Shown: piece after piece, positions 26,619 to 29,091 of the stretch
Position numbering within the stretch: position 1 is the stretch's first letter
Layout of the letters: each line of letters begins with the position of its first letter
IMG/VR virus record: IMGVR_UViG_3300017784_003193
Span: 1 to 29,091 of that record
DNA: 29,091 nt
Reading direction: 5' to 3' (one strand)
Source: a virus
Lineage: Duplodnaviria > Caudoviricetes
Made by a program: the position numbers and the translations under genes
Notes under the pieces: model-generated
The model's database searches: none
Told to the model about the DNA's origin: nothing
What the model saw: the letters and a program-made list of their open reading frames with translations, nothing else

Positions 26619-28664
26619 ATGGGAACCCCAATTTCTTCAGCAACAAACGTAGGCATTCCTTCAAAGACTGATAGGATTCCAATTTACAGACCAGGCCAAA
26701 CGTCTGCTTCAAAATATTATATCGAGAGTGGTTCTTCTTTCAAAGAGTGGGTAGAATATTACGGGGCTGTGGGCGATGGAACTACTGACGATACCGCAGC
26801 CATAAATGCCGCAATTGCAGCGATAGGCGAGGGCATAATGCGGTTCACACCCACCAAAACTTATCTTATAAAAAATAAACTTGATGCATCTGGTAGCAAT
26901 AAAACATGGATAGGATATGGGGCTACACTGAAACGTGCTAACGAATTACAGAGTTTAACGACTGTTACGGTTGCCTCAGGGGCGACTTCTGTAACGGTTG
27001 CAAGTTCTACGGGTTTTGTTATTGGGGATACCTGTTTATTATTGCAAGTAACCGCACCCTACGCAGGAACGGCAAATGGCGAGCATAGTAACTTACTGAC
27101 CATTTCAAATATTGCTGGTAATGTTATTACAGTTAATGCGGTTACATCATTACCTTATGGGACGTTCTCAATCGGGGCAAAGTTCGTTAAGGTGTTTGAT
27201 ATGATTTCGTCATCTGGTGGGGTTTCAAATTGTAGGATATTAGGACTTAAATTTGACGGGAACAGGACTAACAACACATCTTACTTAGGATGGATTTATA
27301 GTGCAACCATGCGAAGCCTTGCCATTGGTTCAGTTGTTAGAGATTGCCTATTTTCAGAAATACCCAATGAGAATATGTTTGTGCAGGGACCAAGCGTTAT
27401 TGATAGTAATTATGCGGAGGGTCTTAATGGCTCGTTTTGTCATTTATCAAATGGTGCGCTCGGTGTTGAAATAGGGCAGACTAGAATAGTAAATAATTGG
27501 GTTTATAATGCTTGCCAGACCGCTCAGGCTATCAATGGGCACAGCGAAGGTTATGTCACAATTTCGGCACAGCCACTAAAGAGTATAATTAACGGGAATA
27601 ATTTCTATGCGGATTCGACCACAGGCGCGGGAATGGGTAATCTATCAGTAGCATCTTTGAACACAACGCTAACTAATAATATTTTTTTTGGGCTGAAAGG
27701 TGTTTTAAAAGCGATCTCTAACCCCGTAGGGGCTGACCCTGCAACTATATGTGTTGGTGTTGTTCTGTCTGGAAATGAGTTTATTAACTGTGATTTTTTA
27801 TACTTTAGTGCCGATAGTTTTGATGGACGGATAACTGTGGGCGGTGGGTGCGACCAGATTAACGTAAGTGACAATTTATTTATCAATACGCGACTGGCTT
27901 TTGAGTCCGTGTCAAATCTTGTTGTAGCTAATAATTCAATATATTTTGAAAATGGGTTTACAGCAATTGCAACCGCTATACCAGTGGACACCTCATACGC
28001 TAACGCAATTACATTCTCAGAATGTATTCACGTATCAGTTATTGGAAACGTGCTTAAAAATTTAGCCGCAACCCAAAGTTCAACTCTTACAAATGGTATA
28101 ATGCTAAACACAACTTCGCTGGTTATAAAATCAGACGCAAGTACAAGCACGAATTACCTTTATGGTGGAAGAAATTTTTTAGTTTCTGGAAATGTTATCT
28201 CAGGGTTTGGAACTGGTATTATTGATATTTCTCCTGCAGTAACTCAAGCAACGAGGGCTGCATTATCATATCAAAATATGAGGATAGCAAATAATAATAT
28301 TTTTGTAAGGGCTGATTCAAGTGGACTCAGGGCTGCATACATAGGCCCCGGTGTTTTCTTTGAGGGTAACAACTGTTATGGCGGGGCAAATGCAACAAAT
28401 GGAGTTTTGTGTTTTGGTACTACCTCAGCAAAATCAGCTCTACTAAATGGTCCGATCGTTAGAAATAATAATTTTGTAGGGTTTGATAATTCTGTAACGG
28501 TTGGAAATGCCACGGCTTTGTATAATTGCCTTGTGTCCTACAATACTTATGACGGCACGATTACTGATAGTTCAGGCGGATTTTCTACAATAGCCAATAA
28601 CACGGCATTAATAAATGAATCAGTTGTTATTTACAATGAACGAGAGAATATTGCTTACTATTAA
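26619..28664 (+). CDS. tailspike / beta-helix depolymerase (pectate lyase superfamily)
   Basis: YGAVGDGTTDDTAAINAAI motif; repeated x(S/N)(G/N)N beta-helix turns; N/S/G-rich. Confidence 0.85.
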   Translation: MGTPISSATNVGIPSKTDRIPIYRPGQTSASKYYIESGSSFKEWVEYYGAVGDGTTDDTAAINAAIAAIGEGIMRFTPTKTYLIKNKLDASGSNKTWIGYGATLKRANELQSLTTVTVASGATSVTVASSTGFVIGDTCLLLQVTAPYAGTANGEHSNLLTISNIAGNVITVNAVTSLPYGTFSIGAKFVKVFDMISSSGGVSNCRILGLKFDGNRTNNTSYLGWIYSATMRSLAIGSVVRDCLFSEIPNENMFVQGPSVIDSNYAEGLNGSFCHLSNGALGVEIGQTRIVNNWVYNACQTAQAINGHSEGYVTISAQPLKSIINGNNFYADSTTGAGMGNLSVASLNTTLTNNIFFGLKGVLKAISNPVGADPATICVGVVLSGNEFINCDFLYFSADSFDGRITVGGGCDQINVSDNLFINTRLAFESVSNLVVANNSIYFENGFTAIATAIPVDTSYANAITFSECIHVSVIGNVLKNLAATQSSTLTNGIMLNTTSLVIKSDASTSTNYLYGGRNFLVSGNVISGFGTGIIDISPAVTQATRAALSYQNMRIANNNIFVRADSSGLRAAYIGPGVFFEGNNCYGGANATNGVLCFGTTSAKSALLNGPIVRNNNFVGFDNSVTVGNATALYNCLVSYNTYDGTITDSSGGFSTIANNTALINESVVIYNERENIAYY

Positions 28665-28669
28665 AACCC

Positions 28670-28963
28670 ATGACACCAGAACAAATTCAAGAGATAACAA
28701 AGCACTTCGCAGACCTTCGGGTGATGAACTATGTCATTAGCGGGCTTTATGGTTTAGTTTTACTGCTGTTCAGCGCAATCGTTTTTTTTCTAAAAAGGGA
28801 TTTTGATGAAACCAGGGAAACGATTAAAAATAATACCTCCATGTGTATATCGAATCAGAAAGATATTCAAACGATATTATCTGAGATGCAACATAACAGA
28901 TCGGAGACTAACAAGGTAATTAGGATTTTAGCAGTACATACTGGCGCAAATATTGGACAATGA
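28670..28963 (+). CDS. putative holin (single TM plus coiled coil)
   Basis: VISGLYGLVLLLFSAIVFFL TM segment; directly upstream of the endolysin. Confidence 0.5.
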   Translation: MTPEQIQEITKHFADLRVMNYVISGLYGLVLLLFSAIVFFLKRDFDETRETIKNNTSMCISNQKDIQTILSEMQHNRSETNKVIRILAVHTGANIGQ

Positions 28964-29091
28964 TAAGTAAATACCTTTCACTTGATGAGTGTATCAAAAG
29001 CCCAACGGCTAAGCGGTTAGGAATTTCAAACGAGCCTACACCGGAGCACTTGGAGAATATGAAGTACGTTGCCGTTAATGTTTTCGATAAG
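28960..29091 (+). CDS. endolysin, peptidase M15 family (N-terminal part, cut by the window edge)
   Basis: MISKYLSLDECIKSPTAKRLGISNEPTPEHLENMKYVAVNVFD matches the typical M15 N-terminus; ATGA overlap with the holin. Confidence 0.75.
   Translation, partial: MISKYLSLDECIKSPTAKRLGISNEPTPEHLENMKYVAVNVFDK

Noticed and set aside
1296-27991. All minus-strand ORFs in the track, plus nested + strand ORFs 4317-4556 and 22992-23189
   Set aside because: They are shadows of well-supported + strand genes, have no recognisable motifs, and mostly lack ATG starts.
26619-28664. Diversity-generating retroelement target or invertible fibre segment
   Set aside because: No template/variable repeat pair, reverse transcriptase or invertase is seen in the window.

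Overview
The window is the late (morphogenesis and lysis) region of a tailed dsDNA phage or prophage, most likely siphovirus-like. All credible genes are on the + strand and are densely packed with ATGA/TAATG overlaps. The host is probably Bacteroidota, based on TAnnTTTG -7 promoter boxes, A-rich starts without Shine-Dalgarno sequences, and a signal peptide with +1 Gln. Gene order: HNH nuclease, TerS, TerL, tail assembly chaperone with a -1 frameshift, tail completion and tail proteins, tape measure, small HTH protein, ClpP protease-scaffold-major capsid fusion, major tail protein, a structured 245-bp intergenic region, a ~9 kb glycan biosynthesis island, portal, head-tail adaptor, fibre and tailspike genes, holin, and the start of an M15 endolysin. 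The island is the most striking feature. It holds a GDP-mannose 3,5-epimerase, about six glycosyltransferase-like domains (GT11, GT2, GT25 and others) and five SAM-methyltransferase domains, with no exporter or polymerase, and it sits inside the virion operon. I infer a phage-encoded system that builds an O-methylated, possibly L-galactose-containing glycan, probably on the virion. Other notable signals are a shared late-promoter motif before the capsid and portal genes, probable leaderless mRNAs, tandem sRNA or attenuator-like elements, and several unannotated micro-ORFs. All family calls come from motif recognition by eye; no searches were run.
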